Source: an uncultured Lachnospiraceae bacterium (GTDB lineage Bacteria; Bacillota; Clostridia; Lachnospirales; Lachnospiraceae). From it: a stretch of 64,000 bases of DNA. The position numbers and the translations under genes were made by a program. Within the stretch, counting starts at the first letter, position 1. Each line of letters begins with the position of its first letter. Location of the stretch: positions 31,082 through 95,081 of the forward strand of contig CALWGM010000114.1 of assembly GCA_944380065.1 (NCBI GenBank), in the 5' to 3' direction. Shown here piece after piece: positions 15,841-24,801 of the stretch. The notes under the pieces were generated by a model. It searched no databases and was not told the origin of the DNA. It worked only from the letters and a program-made list of their open reading frames with translations.

Positions 15841-17250
15841 TCAGTATACGACGATGGGATATCCGATCTGCACATTCTCATAAACCGTCTTCATCGCCGA
15901 TACCGGCGTATTCACACAGCCGTGGGATCCGTTGGTCTTATAGATGCTGCCGCCAAAAGAACTCCTCCAGTCGGCGTCATGGATCCCCACATTCCCATTG
16001 AAGGGAAGCCAGTAGGTCACATCCGAATTATAGTCCTGGCCGGTCAGCGTATAGGGCGAAATCCGTGCGTCCACCGCCCAGACGCCTCCCGCCGGGGTAT
16101 CCCATCCCCTGGACGGATTGCCGGTCACCACCGGCGTATCCACAATACACTGCCCGTCTCTGTACACCCACATCCGCTGCGCCGCGATGCTGATCTCCAC
16201 ATAATTGCCGCCGATATCGTTCGTATCCCGGCAAATGCCGCTGTAGAGATACACCGGCTCCACCGTCACCGATTCCCCGGCCTCGATCAGTCCGATCAAC
16301 TGCTCTGCGGTCTTGGACTTATGAATGCACCAGCCATAGTCCCCGCCCTTCAGCGTAATTTCCTGCCCGCCATGGGTCCGGAAGGTTCTCCTCAGGCCGA
16401 AGGTGTCCGTATCATAAGCCATGTTGTAAACATAGTCGTCCACTGCCTCCCGGTTCAGTCCGTAGGTGTAATTGTCGCCGAACGTAATCCAGTCCTTGAT
16501 CACAGACTTGTCAACCACCATCTGCCGGTCGCTGAAATCATAGGTGATCTGCACGTCGATCATCCGGTTGACGGCATCACACTCCTCCTGCAGCTTCTCA
16601 TCGTCCTGATAAATCTGCGGAGCCGCATAACAGGAAAGCTCATCCAGGGAAATCTCTGTCTCCCCCGCCGTCAGGGAATCCCTGACCGTCTCATAGACCG
16701 TCTCATATGTCAACTGGTTCCCATAGGTTTCCGGCTGGATGGCAAAGGCGCCGTCCACATATTCGAGATGGGCGTCGGTGGGCGCCGTCATATTCGCCTC
16801 CTGCATGCAGGAAAGCCCGCGGATCGTTTCCTCCAGCTTCCCTTCATCCAGCGTCATATGGATATCCCTGTCATCCTTCGGCGAGGCCGCCATCAGGAAC
16901 CAGGCCGCTGTCTTCTGTTCCTCCAAAAGCTGTTCCACTTCGCCCTGGTCATCATACTGCAGCCCAACCTGCTCTGCGGAAATGATCTCCTGCCCGTCCC
17001 TGGTGGTGATCTGCAGCTGGTATTCCCCCACCTTCTGGTGGATCTGCTCTTTTAAAGCCTCCGCCGTCTGGCCGCGCATGGGAATACCGAACACTGTCCC
17101 GCCGCCGTAAAAATGACTCCGGTAATAACAGCATCCGGCAATATAAACCGCTGCCAGCGCGATCCCGGCTGCCAAAAGGATCTTCCAGGCCCGGGCGCTG
17201 TTTATCTTCTGTTTCTCTAATTCCTGCCGTATCTTTTTCTTCTGTTCCAA
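15841..17250 (-). CDS. L,D-transpeptidase (YkuD domain) with peptidoglycan-binding region
   Basis: N-terminal TM helix; YVEISIAAQRMW, TPVVTG, GIHDA and SHGCVN catalytic motifs. Probable TTG start at 17250 after GGGGAC. Confidence 0.9.
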   Translation of the reverse strand: MEQKKKIRQELEKQKINSARAWKILLAAGIALAAVYIAGCCYYRSHFYGGGTVFGIPMRGQTAEALKEQIHQKVGEYQLQITTRDGQEIISAEQVGLQYDDQGEVEQLLEEQKTAAWFLMAASPKDDRDIHMTLDEGKLEETIRGLSCMQEANMTAPTDAHLEYVDGAFAIQPETYGNQLTYETVYETVRDSLTAGETEISLDELSCYAAPQIYQDDEKLQEECDAVNRMIDVQITYDFSDRQMVVDKSVIKDWITFGDNYTYGLNREAVDDYVYNMAYDTDTFGLRRTFRTHGGQEITLKGGDYGWCIHKSKTAEQLIGLIEAGESVTVEPVYLYSGICRDTNDIGGNYVEISIAAQRMWVYRDGQCIVDTPVVTGNPSRGWDTPAGGVWAVDARISPYTLTGQDYNSDVTYWLPFNGNVGIHDADWRSSFGGSIYKTNGSHGCVNTPVSAMKTVYENVQIGYPIVVY

Positions 17251-17375
17251 AGTCAGTCCCCCTGTTTTTTGTCTGATGGTAGTTCCGCCGCAAACGGCTA
17301 TCCGAACATAATTCCCAGTAAACCACTTCCCATTGTAACTGTTTTTTCCCAATCATCAACCTTTCTCACAGAAAT

Positions 17376-17392
17376 TTAACAGAATTGTAACA
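17376..17392 (-). promoter_or_regulatory. OmpR/WalR-type direct repeat upstream of the L,D-transpeptidase
   Basis: TGTTAC-AATTC-TGTTAA matches the WalR consensus TGTWAH-N5-TGTWAH, upstream of a TTGATG-N16-TACAAT promoter. Confidence 0.45.
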
Positions 17393-17395
17393 GTT

Positions 17396-18136
17396 TTACT
17401 CATACTTCATAATCTCTTTTTTCAGCTGTTTTATGATCCTTTTTTCCAGCCGGGAAATGTAGGACTGGGAAATCCCCATCAGGTCTGCCACCTCTTTCTG
17501 GGTGTACTCCTTCCCGTCCGCCGAGGCCATACCGTAGCGCAGCTCGATGATTTTTTTCTCCCGCGGGGAGAGCCTGCCAATCGCCCGTTTCAGGAGTTTT
17601 TTCTCCACCTCCGTCTCCATATCCCGATAAATGATATCCTCGTCGGTGCCGAGGATGTCAGAGAGCAGAAGCTCATTTCCATCCCAGTCCACGTTCAGCG
17701 GCTCGTCAAACGATACCTCTAATTTCATCTTGCTGGTCCTGCGCAGATACATCAGGATCTCATTTTCAATACAGCGGGACGCATACGTGGCCAGCTTGAT
17801 CTTTTTCGCCGGGTTATATGTATTAATGGCCTTGATCAGCCCGATTGTCCCGATGGAAATCAGATCCTCCACTCCCACGCCCGTATTGTCAAACTTTTTT
17901 GCAATATAGACCACCAGGCGCAGATTGTGTTCGATCAGGGCCGCCCTGGCGTCCGGATCCTTCCGGGTAACCAGCATCGTGATACAGTCATTCTCCTCCT
18001 CTGTCTTCAGCGGCGGCGGCAGCACATCGGCGCCCCCGATATAATGAATCTCATTGGATTTCAAAAACAGAAGGTTCTGCAGGGTCGGCACCAGCTTCAG
18101 CTGAATCCGTCCGGGTATTGATACTTTCAGATACAT
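17396..18136 (-). CDS. sigE: RNA polymerase sporulation sigma factor SigE (pro-sigma-E)
   Basis: Pro-sequence then [70 protein letters not shown]; directly downstream of spoIIGA. Confidence 0.97.
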   Translation of the reverse strand: MYLKVSIPGRIQLKLVPTLQNLLFLKSNEIHYIGGADVLPPPLKTEEENDCITMLVTRKDPDARAALIEHNLRLVVYIAKKFDNTGVGVEDLISIGTIGLIKAINTYNPAKKIKLATYASRCIENEILMYLRRTSKMKLEVSFDEPLNVDWDGNELLLSDILGTDEDIIYRDMETEVEKKLLKRAIGRLSPREKKIIELRYGMASADGKEYTQKEVADLMGISQSYISRLEKRIIKQLKKEIMKYE

Positions 18137-18173
18137 ACGTCTTCTCTCCCTTATTCATTCTCCATCCCCCACA

Positions 18174-18947
18174 TCAGCAATAGCTTCCGTTCAGCAGCAT
18201 CTGTACCCGGGGCGCCCGCATCAGTTCTCCTTCCCGCAGGCCGATCTTCGGAGTATCTATCTCTTTCACCGTACCTCTCTGAAAAATCTTCATTTTATCC
18301 AGGGTGACAACCTCTATTTCCGCCATCCCCCCGCTGATCGTGAAATACGGGATCCGGCTGGCGGTTCCTTCCAGTGCTTTTGCCCATTCCGCAGGCAGCG
18401 CCTGTTTCATCAAAATGCTGACCGCCGCCCCGCTGGCCGGATCCCGCAGCAGGTTCCCGCTGTCACAGAACGCCTTCCGCGTGACAGTCTGCCCTTTCAG
18501 GCACAGTTCCACCAGACATACCCTGCACAGGACTTTCTGCCGGCACTGCCAGACCGCGAACAGCGCCGCAGCCAGGATCCCCCAGAACAGGATCAGCCCC
18601 GCAGATCCTGTCCCCGTCTGCAGCCGGATCCACTGCTGTACGCCTCCCGCCACAATGAGAACCAGATACACATTCAGCCACAGCCGCAGAAAATCCCGCA
18701 GGGAACCCGGCCGGAACACAAACCATACCGTCAGCGGCTGCACGATGGCATGGCTCAGGATCACATAACTGATGTAGCCCGGCAAACACAGCAGGAGCCC
18801 TGTGGATACCGCCACCGCCGCCGCAGGACCCAGAAACAGCCTGCGCAGGATAACTTTCTGGTTACAGCAGACAGCCGCCGCTAAAAGGGCGCAGAAATCC
18901 ATCAGGAAACTGAGCAGGAAAAAGACATCTACATACCATTCATATAT
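18174..18947 (-). CDS. spoIIGA: SpoIIGA pro-sigma-E processing aspartic peptidase; probable non-canonical ATA start
   Basis: Multiple TM helices and catalytic DSGN..RDP. The family N-terminus YEWYVDVFFLLSFLMD lies in frame upstream of ATG 18902 and starts at ATA 18947, after a GGAGGTG RBS. Confidence 0.85.
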   Translation of the reverse strand: MYEWYVDVFFLLSFLMDFCALLAAAVCCNQKVILRRLFLGPAAAVAVSTGLLLCLPGYISYVILSHAIVQPLTVWFVFRPGSLRDFLRLWLNVYLVLIVAGGVQQWIRLQTGTGSAGLILFWGILAAALFAVWQCRQKVLCRVCLVELCLKGQTVTRKAFCDSGNLLRDPASGAAVSILMKQALPAEWAKALEGTASRIPYFTISGGMAEIEVVTLDKMKIFQRGTVKEIDTPKIGLREGELMRAPRVQMLLNGSYC

Positions 18948-18981
18948 TTCTTTTCACCTCCCGGCAACCCAATCTGATTTC

Positions 18982-19025
18982 AGTATATAAAATGCCCTGC
19001 GATTTTTTTGTCAAAATCGCAGGGC
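18982..19025 (-). promoter_or_regulatory. spoIIG promoter overlapping the ftsZ terminator hairpin
   Basis: TTGACA (19014-19009), 21-bp spacer, TATACT (18987-18982); Spo0A-box-like TGTCAAA at the -35; 13-bp stem GCCCTGCGATTTT/AAAATCGCAGGGC. Confidence 0.6.
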
Positions 19026-19050
19026 TGAAAAAAATTTTCTGTCCAATCTG

Positions 19051-20214
19051 TTATTTTCTCGTATTCTTCAGGAAATCCGGAATCTTGATATCCTTCGGCT
19101 GAACGGAAGGAGTGGGATTCTTCGGTCTCTGAATGGAATTCATGTTCACGGTCTGATGGGTACCGGAAACAGGCTTCGCCTGGCCGGAAGCAGTCCGGGA
19201 AATATTTAAGGATCCCCCGTTCAGCCTGGAACCCAGTCCGGACATGATATTCGGCGCCTCCGCCGGCTCCTCCAGCCCGGTAGCGATGACTGTAATGGTC
19301 GCCGCGTCCTGAGCGGACTCATCGTATTTCGCGCCAAAGATAATGTTCGCGTCGTCGCCTGCCAGATCCTGGACATAGCTGGCCGCGTCGTTGGCATCCA
19401 TCAGGGAGATATCTCCGGAGATATTGATGATCACATGGGATGCGCCTGTGATCGTCGTCTCAAGCAGCGGGCTGGATACCGCCATCTTCACTGCCTCAAT
19501 CGCCTTATCATCACCGGTAGCCGCACCGATACCGATATGGGCCATGCCCTTGTCCTTCATAACTGTCTGGACATCCGCGAAATCCAGGTTGATCAGCGCC
19601 GGCAGGTTGATCAGGTCCGTGATGCCCTGTACGGCCTGCTGGAGCACCTCGTCCGCCTTTTTCAGGGCGTCCGGCATTGTGGTTCTTCTGTCTACGATCT
19701 CAAGGAGCTTGTCATTGGGAATCACGATCAGCGTATCTACATTCTCTTTCAGGTTCTCGATGCCGCTGACGGCGTTTGACATCCGCTTTTTCGCCTCGAA
19801 CTTAAACGGCTTGGTCACAACGCCTACCGTCAGGATCCCCATCGTCTTGGCGATCCGCGCAACCACCGGGGCTCCGCCTGTCCCGGTACCGCCGCCCATA
19901 CCGCAGGTGACGAACACCATATCCGCGCCTTCGATCGCCTTGGAAAGCTCCTCCGCACTCTCCTCCGCAGCCTTCTGGCCGATCTCCGGCTGTGCGCCTG
20001 CGCCCAGCCCCTTGGTCAGCTTCTCGCCGATCTGGATCAGTGTCGGCGCCTTGCAGAGCGTCAGCGCCTGTTTGTCGGTATTCACACCGATAAACTCCAC
20101 TCCCCCGATATTCTCATCTATCATACGGTTCACAGCGTTATTTCCAGCTCCGCCCACGCCGACTACAATGATCCGGGCGCTGGACTCAGCCCCTATAGAC
20201 ATGATCTCAACCAC
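19051..20214 (-). CDS. ftsZ: Cell division protein FtsZ
   Basis: [22 protein letters not shown], tubulin signature [17 protein letters not shown]-terminal IPDFLK. GTG start after AGGAGG. Confidence 0.99.
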   Translation of the reverse strand: MVEIMSIGAESSARIIVVGVGGAGNNAVNRMIDENIGGVEFIGVNTDKQALTLCKAPTLIQIGEKLTKGLGAGAQPEIGQKAAEESAEELSKAIEGADMVFVTCGMGGGTGTGGAPVVARIAKTMGILTVGVVTKPFKFEAKKRMSNAVSGIENLKENVDTLIVIPNDKLLEIVDRRTTMPDALKKADEVLQQAVQGITDLINLPALINLDFADVQTVMKDKGMAHIGIGAATGDDKAIEAVKMAVSSPLLETTITGASHVIINISGDISLMDANDAASYVQDLAGDDANIIFGAKYDESAQDAATITVIATGLEEPAEAPNIMSGLGSRLNGGSLNISRTASGQAKPVSGTHQTVNMNSIQRPKNPTPSVQPKDIKIPDFLKNTRK

Positions 20215-20298
20215 AATTGTTCCTCCTTTATATCTCAAACCTGATATCTCAAAGTCCTGAATTTCAGTTCTGTTATCTGAATCTTCTATAACATTCTC

Positions 20299-20327
20299 AT
20301 TCTATAATCTTTTACCCAAATAATCAA
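20299..20327 (-). promoter_or_regulatory. Sigma-A promoter upstream of ftsZ
   Basis: TTGATT-N17-TAGAAT. Confidence 0.6.
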
Positions 20328-20345
20328 CCGGTTTTTCCAAAAAAA

Positions 20346-21140
20346 TTATTTTTCTTCCGGCACCGTCTGGGCGTCCACCGGAATCTCCGTCAGCTGATTG
20401 ATCTTGAAATAAATGTCGGAGCCGGACTCGCTCCAGTTCTCCAGATGCAGGGTCCCGGTCTGTCCCTCTAACTGGGGCAGGATCTGATCCATCCGCAGCA
20501 GCTTTTCATTCAGGGAGCTGCCGCTTCCCACACTGACCTGGATGTTCCCGTAGCTTAAGAGTACGGAATCCCCCTGTACATAGATCGTCTCCGGAATCCG
20601 CTCATATTTTTTCAAAAGCTGCGTCAGGTTTAAAAGCGTGCGCAGGATCCGGCTGTCGTCCAGATCCAGCTTTTCATAGAGCGCCGCCTGATCCACCGCC
20701 AGCCCCGTAATCTTGATCGTCCCCTCAATCACCTGGCCGGAAAGCTCCACCACAAAACCGTCCTTATCAAAATAAGCGTTTTTCCCAAGAGAGGGGATAT
20801 ACACATACCCCAGCACGCCCTTTTCGATCACCCGGATCCGGATCTTCGACGGGGAGCGCAGGGAAATCTCCATGGAATCCACAAAAGGGATTTCCTCCTG
20901 CTTATGAAATTTATTTTTCAGCACCACATACAGGGAACTCCAGGAATACTCGTCATCCAGCACCCAGTTTTCAATCTGCTCCGCCGGATAAATCTCGTTT
21001 CCTTCCACCTCCACGTCCCGGACGACAAACACTTTCCAGACCATCACCGTCCCCAGCGCGGCCACTAAAAGCACCGTGGGAAGAATTACCCGCAGGACGC
21101 GGCGCCTCTGCTTTTTCTTTTTTCTCCGTTTCTGCATCAT
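20346..21140 (-). CDS. ftsQ: Cell division protein FtsQ/DivIB
   Basis: Basic N-terminus, one TM helix, POTRA-like V..VEVEGN..Y; dcw position between ftsW and ftsZ; ATG 21140 after AGGAGG. Confidence 0.85.
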   Translation of the reverse strand: MMQKRRKKKKQRRRVLRVILPTVLLVAALGTVMVWKVFVVRDVEVEGNEIYPAEQIENWVLDDEYSWSSLYVVLKNKFHKQEEIPFVDSMEISLRSPSKIRIRVIEKGVLGYVYIPSLGKNAYFDKDGFVVELSGQVIEGTIKITGLAVDQAALYEKLDLDDSRILRTLLNLTQLLKKYERIPETIYVQGDSVLLSYGNIQVSVGSGSSLNEKLLRMDQILPQLEGQTGTLHLENWSESGSDIYFKINQLTEIPVDAQTVPEEK

Positions 21141-21150
21141 CCGCCTCCTG

Positions 21151-22275
21151 TTACTCCATGGGAACTTCGCCGTCAAAACGGATGCCCCGGGACACAGACA
21201 GCACCAGCCCCATCTCCGCTAAGAGGATCACCATCGAGGTGCCTCCGTAACTGATAAAGGGCAGCGTAACCCCTGTGTTGGGGATCGTATTGGTCACCAC
21301 CGCCAGGTTCAGCACCACCTGCAGGGCAATATGGGCCATCACGCCCACCACGATCATGGAGCCGAACAGGTCGGCGGCATTATTGGCGATCACCATAAAA
21401 CGCCAGAGCAGCAGGACGAACAGAAGGATCACGCAGATCGCCCCGAACAGTCCCAGTTCCTCACAGATAATCGTAAAGATAAAGTCATTCTGCGCTTCCG
21501 GCACATAGCCCATTTTCTGGATACTGGCTCCCAGCCCCTTCCCGAACAGCCCTCCGGAACCTATGGCGTACAGCCCCTGCAGGGTCTGGTAGGCGTCGTC
21601 CGGATAATCCTCCGGGTGCAGCCAGGCCAGGATACGGGCACTCCGGTAAGACTGGGTGAGGATAAACACGGCTCCAGCCGCCGCCACCACGCCGGCCAGC
21701 GCAAAAAAATGCGAATATTTCGGGCTGGCCACAAACATCATCAGGATGCAGATGCCGGCCACGATGATCCCCGTACTCAGGTTGCTTTTGGCGATCACTA
21801 AGATGATCGGCGCCACCCGGATCAGGACCTTCACCACGGTCTTAAAATCCCGGATCTTCCGGGGCATTTTGCTCAGAACCGCGGCCACATAGATGATCAC
21901 GCCGATTTTCGCCAGCTCCGAGGGCTGGAAACGGATGGGGCCGATCTGCAGCCATCTCTGGGAGCCGCCGGCGTCATCTCCCACAAAAATCACCGCCGCG
22001 CACAGAAGAAAAGCCAGCAGATAAACGATCGGGCTGACTTTTTTCCAGAATCCGTATGGTATTCTGGAAATCAGAAGCATGCCCGCCATGCCGCCCAGGG
22101 CAAAAATCCCCTGCCGCTCCAGATAATAGGCGGCATTCCCAAAACTGCCCTCCGCCTCATAGGAGCTGACACTGTAAAGCATGACCAGCCCGAATCCCAC
22201 CAGAAAAATGATGAGAAACAGAAGGCTGTAATCAAAATATTTCACTGGCTTTTCTTTCCCGCTGCGATCACTCAT
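21151..22275 (-). CDS. ftsW: SEDS family peptidoglycan polymerase FtsW/SpoVE
   Basis: GFGLVMLYSVS, RWLQIG..FQPSELAK, YQTLQGLYAIGSGG, PEAQNDFIF, GVTLPFISYGG. Confidence 0.93.
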   Translation of the reverse strand: MSDRSGKEKPVKYFDYSLLFLIIFLVGFGLVMLYSVSSYEAEGSFGNAAYYLERQGIFALGGMAGMLLISRIPYGFWKKVSPIVYLLAFLLCAAVIFVGDDAGGSQRWLQIGPIRFQPSELAKIGVIIYVAAVLSKMPRKIRDFKTVVKVLIRVAPIILVIAKSNLSTGIIVAGICILMMFVASPKYSHFFALAGVVAAAGAVFILTQSYRSARILAWLHPEDYPDDAYQTLQGLYAIGSGGLFGKGLGASIQKMGYVPEAQNDFIFTIICEELGLFGAICVILLFVLLLWRFMVIANNAADLFGSMIVVGVMAHIALQVVLNLAVVTNTIPNTGVTLPFISYGGTSMVILLAEMGLVLSVSRGIRFDGEVPME

Positions 22276-22282
22276 TGAACAA

Positions 22283-23650
22283 CTACTCCTTTAATGCATG
22301 CACCATTTCCTTAAACATCTTTCCCCGTACTTCATAGTTGGGGAACATACCCCAGCTGGCGCAGGCGGGAGACAGAAGGACGGCGTCCCCGTTCTCGGCC
22401 TTCTCATAACACAGATCCACCGCTTCCTGCAGGCTGTCGGCAAATACATAATCCGTAAACCCGCAGCTTTCCGCTTCCCGGGCGATCTTTTCCCGGGTCT
22501 GCCCGATCAGCACCAGAAGCTTTACCTTTCCGTCAAAGCTTCTGATCCATTCCGTATAGCTGGAATCCTTGTCATAGCCTCCGCCGATCAGGCAGGTGGG
22601 CCGGTCCATGGCCTGGATGCCCTTGATCGCCGCGTCCGGGTTCGTTCCCTTGGAATCATTATAAAAACGGATTCCCCGCTTTTCCGTCACATACTCGATC
22701 CTGTGCTCTACCGCCTGGAACGCCCGCAGGGCTTCCCGCAGCTTTTCCAGCGGCACGCCGTAGGACAGCGCCATGGCCGAGGCAGCCATGGCATTTTCAT
22801 AATTATGCCGTCCCAGGATATTCAGCTCCTGCGTCCGGATGATTTCCGTCACCTGTCCCCCGGCAGCGTACACGATCCGGTCGCCGTCCAGATAAACGCC
22901 CTCCGGAAGCGTATGCAGGCTGCTGAACCAGACGATCTTCGCCTGTATCCGCCCTGCCTGGGCGCGCAGAGTCTCATCCTCATAATTCAGCACGCAGATG
23001 TCCTCCGGCCCCTGGTTTTTCGTAATATTCATCTTCGCCGCGATGTAATTCTCCATGGTATGGTGACGGTTCAGGTGATCCGGCGTAATATTGAGCACCG
23101 CACAGATCTTGGGGCGGAAGGCGTCAATGGTTTCCAGCTGGAAGCTGCTGATCTCCGCCACAGTCACCGTATCGTCCGTCATATCAGACAGCACCCCGGT
23201 ATAGGGGATCCCGATATTGCCCACCACCTTCACATGGTCCGAGCACTGTTTCATGATCTCCCCTAAAAGCGCGGTAGTCGTCGTCTTTCCATTGGTCCCG
23301 GTGATGGCCAGGACATCGCCCTTCCCGAACCGGTATGCCAGCTCGATCTCTCCCCAGATGGGAATCCCCGCGCTGCGCAGTTCCTCCACCAAGGGAAGAT
23401 CCACCGGCACGCCCGGACTCAGAACCGCTAAGTTCAGGCCCGCCTTCACCTCCTGCGGCAGCTGGCCGGTATAAAGCGCCGCATGCTCCGCAGTCCCGAG
23501 ATTCTCCAGCACCCGGTCCCTGTCAGTCTCCGGATTGCCGTCAAAAAGAATTACCTCCGCCTGTTTCTCCACCAGCAGCCGCGCCGCCGCGATCCCGCTG
23601 ATCCCGGTTCCGAAAACAAGAACCTTTTTTCCTGAAACGTCCATTTCCAT
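22283..23650 (-). CDS. murD: UDP-N-acetylmuramoyl-L-alanine--D-glutamate ligase
   Basis: GTGISG, SPGVP, AITGTNGKTTTT, EISSFQL, HRIE, NDSKGTN, LSPACASW. Confidence 0.98.
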   Translation of the reverse strand: MEMDVSGKKVLVFGTGISGIAAARLLVEKQAEVILFDGNPETDRDRVLENLGTAEHAALYTGQLPQEVKAGLNLAVLSPGVPVDLPLVEELRSAGIPIWGEIELAYRFGKGDVLAITGTNGKTTTTALLGEIMKQCSDHVKVVGNIGIPYTGVLSDMTDDTVTVAEISSFQLETIDAFRPKICAVLNITPDHLNRHHTMENYIAAKMNITKNQGPEDICVLNYEDETLRAQAGRIQAKIVWFSSLHTLPEGVYLDGDRIVYAAGGQVTEIIRTQELNILGRHNYENAMAASAMALSYGVPLEKLREALRAFQAVEHRIEYVTEKRGIRFYNDSKGTNPDAAIKGIQAMDRPTCLIGGGYDKDSSYTEWIRSFDGKVKLLVLIGQTREKIAREAESCGFTDYVFADSLQEAVDLCYEKAENGDAVLLSPACASWGMFPNYEVRGKMFKEMVHALKE

Positions 23651-23677
23651 CCTCCTGTATCCTGTGATCTGCCGCCT

Positions 23678-24628
23678 TTACAGCCCGATAAATGCCACCA
23701 GGCACAGCAGCGCCGTAATAATGGAAAACACCGCCACAACCCGCGTCTCCGACCATCCGCAAAGTTCAAAATGATGGTGGATCGGAGCCATTTTAAAGAA
23801 GCGTTTTCCTCCTGTCTTCTTAAAATAAAGCACCTGGATCATCACCGAGATGATCTCAATCCAGTAGATCAGCCCCACGATCAGAATAAAAACCGGCATC
23901 TGCATCATATAGGCTGTTGCCGCCACAAAACCGCCCAGCGCCAGCGATCCGGTATCGCCCATAAACACACTGGCCGGATATACATTAAACAGCAGAAAGC
24001 CCAGCAGCGCCCCCACAACCGCACAGGTAATCGGCGCGATCCCGCAGGCGTTCCCCACCGCCACGACGGAGAAGAATGTGGCAACCAGTACGGTTACGCT
24101 GGAAGCCAGCCCATCCAGGCCGTCTGTGAAATTGACCCCGTTCACGGTGCCGATCACCGCCAAAAACAGGATCGGGACTGCCACCCAGGACAGGGACAGG
24201 TACTTCCCGCCTGAAAACGGGATCAGCATCGCCAGCGAAATATCATTGTGAAGGAGATACACGGCAAACACTGCGGTCACCACGATCTGACAGAGCATCT
24301 TCTGCCATGCCAGCAGCCCGTCAGACCTGCGCAGCACCACCTTCAGGTAATCATCTAAAAAGCCGATGATCCCAAAGCCCACTGTCACAAACAAAATCGG
24401 AATAATCCGGGGATAATCCTTTACATAAATCAGCGACGTCACCACGATCGCAATCAGGATCATCAGGCCGCCCATGGTGGGCGTCCCGTTTTTCTTCTGA
24501 TGAGACTGCAGTTCTTCCCTCTCCGTATTTCCAATCTTCAGTTTTCTCAAGAACGGGATCATGATGGGTCCCAGAATTGCCGTAACCGCAAACGCGATTA
24601 AAACCGGTATGATTACCTGATATGTCAT
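23678..24628 (-). CDS. mraY: Phospho-N-acetylmuramoyl-pentapeptide transferase
   Basis: KNGTPTMGG, GFLDDY, NGVNFTDGLDGLA, FMGDTGSLALG, MAPIHHHFE. Confidence 0.98.
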   Translation of the reverse strand: MTYQVIIPVLIAFAVTAILGPIMIPFLRKLKIGNTEREELQSHQKKNGTPTMGGLMILIAIVVTSLIYVKDYPRIIPILFVTVGFGIIGFLDDYLKVVLRRSDGLLAWQKMLCQIVVTAVFAVYLLHNDISLAMLIPFSGGKYLSLSWVAVPILFLAVIGTVNGVNFTDGLDGLASSVTVLVATFFSVVAVGNACGIAPITCAVVGALLGFLLFNVYPASVFMGDTGSLALGGFVAATAYMMQMPVFILIVGLIYWIEIISVMIQVLYFKKTGGKRFFKMAPIHHHFELCGWSETRVVAVFSIITALLCLVAFIGL

Positions 24629-24730
24629 TTTCCTACCTCTTTTTCTCCCAGCCGCAAAAGCCGCTCTGTATTCTTTCCGGGAGGGAAAATCCGCGGACTC
24701 CCCTGCCGGAAGCTTTTTTGTAACTCATGT

Positions 24731-24759
24731 AGTATACGTCTTTTTCCCTGCTTTTGCAA
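24731..24759 (-). promoter_or_regulatory. Internal sigma-A promoter for mraY-murD-ftsW-ftsQ
   Basis: TTGCAA-N17-TATACT in the 170-bp gap after the second PBP gene. Confidence 0.65.
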
Positions 24760-24801
24760 CCGCCATTTCCGCCGGCAGCCGCTGATATCCCGGCAGGCAG
24801 C

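Noticed and set aside
15763-17055. Long plus-strand ORFs (430 aa here; also 24754-25860, 28338-29840, 22298-23266, 34230-35117)
   Set aside because: Antisense shadows of well-supported minus-strand genes in GC-rich DNA; no RBS or recognisable motifs.
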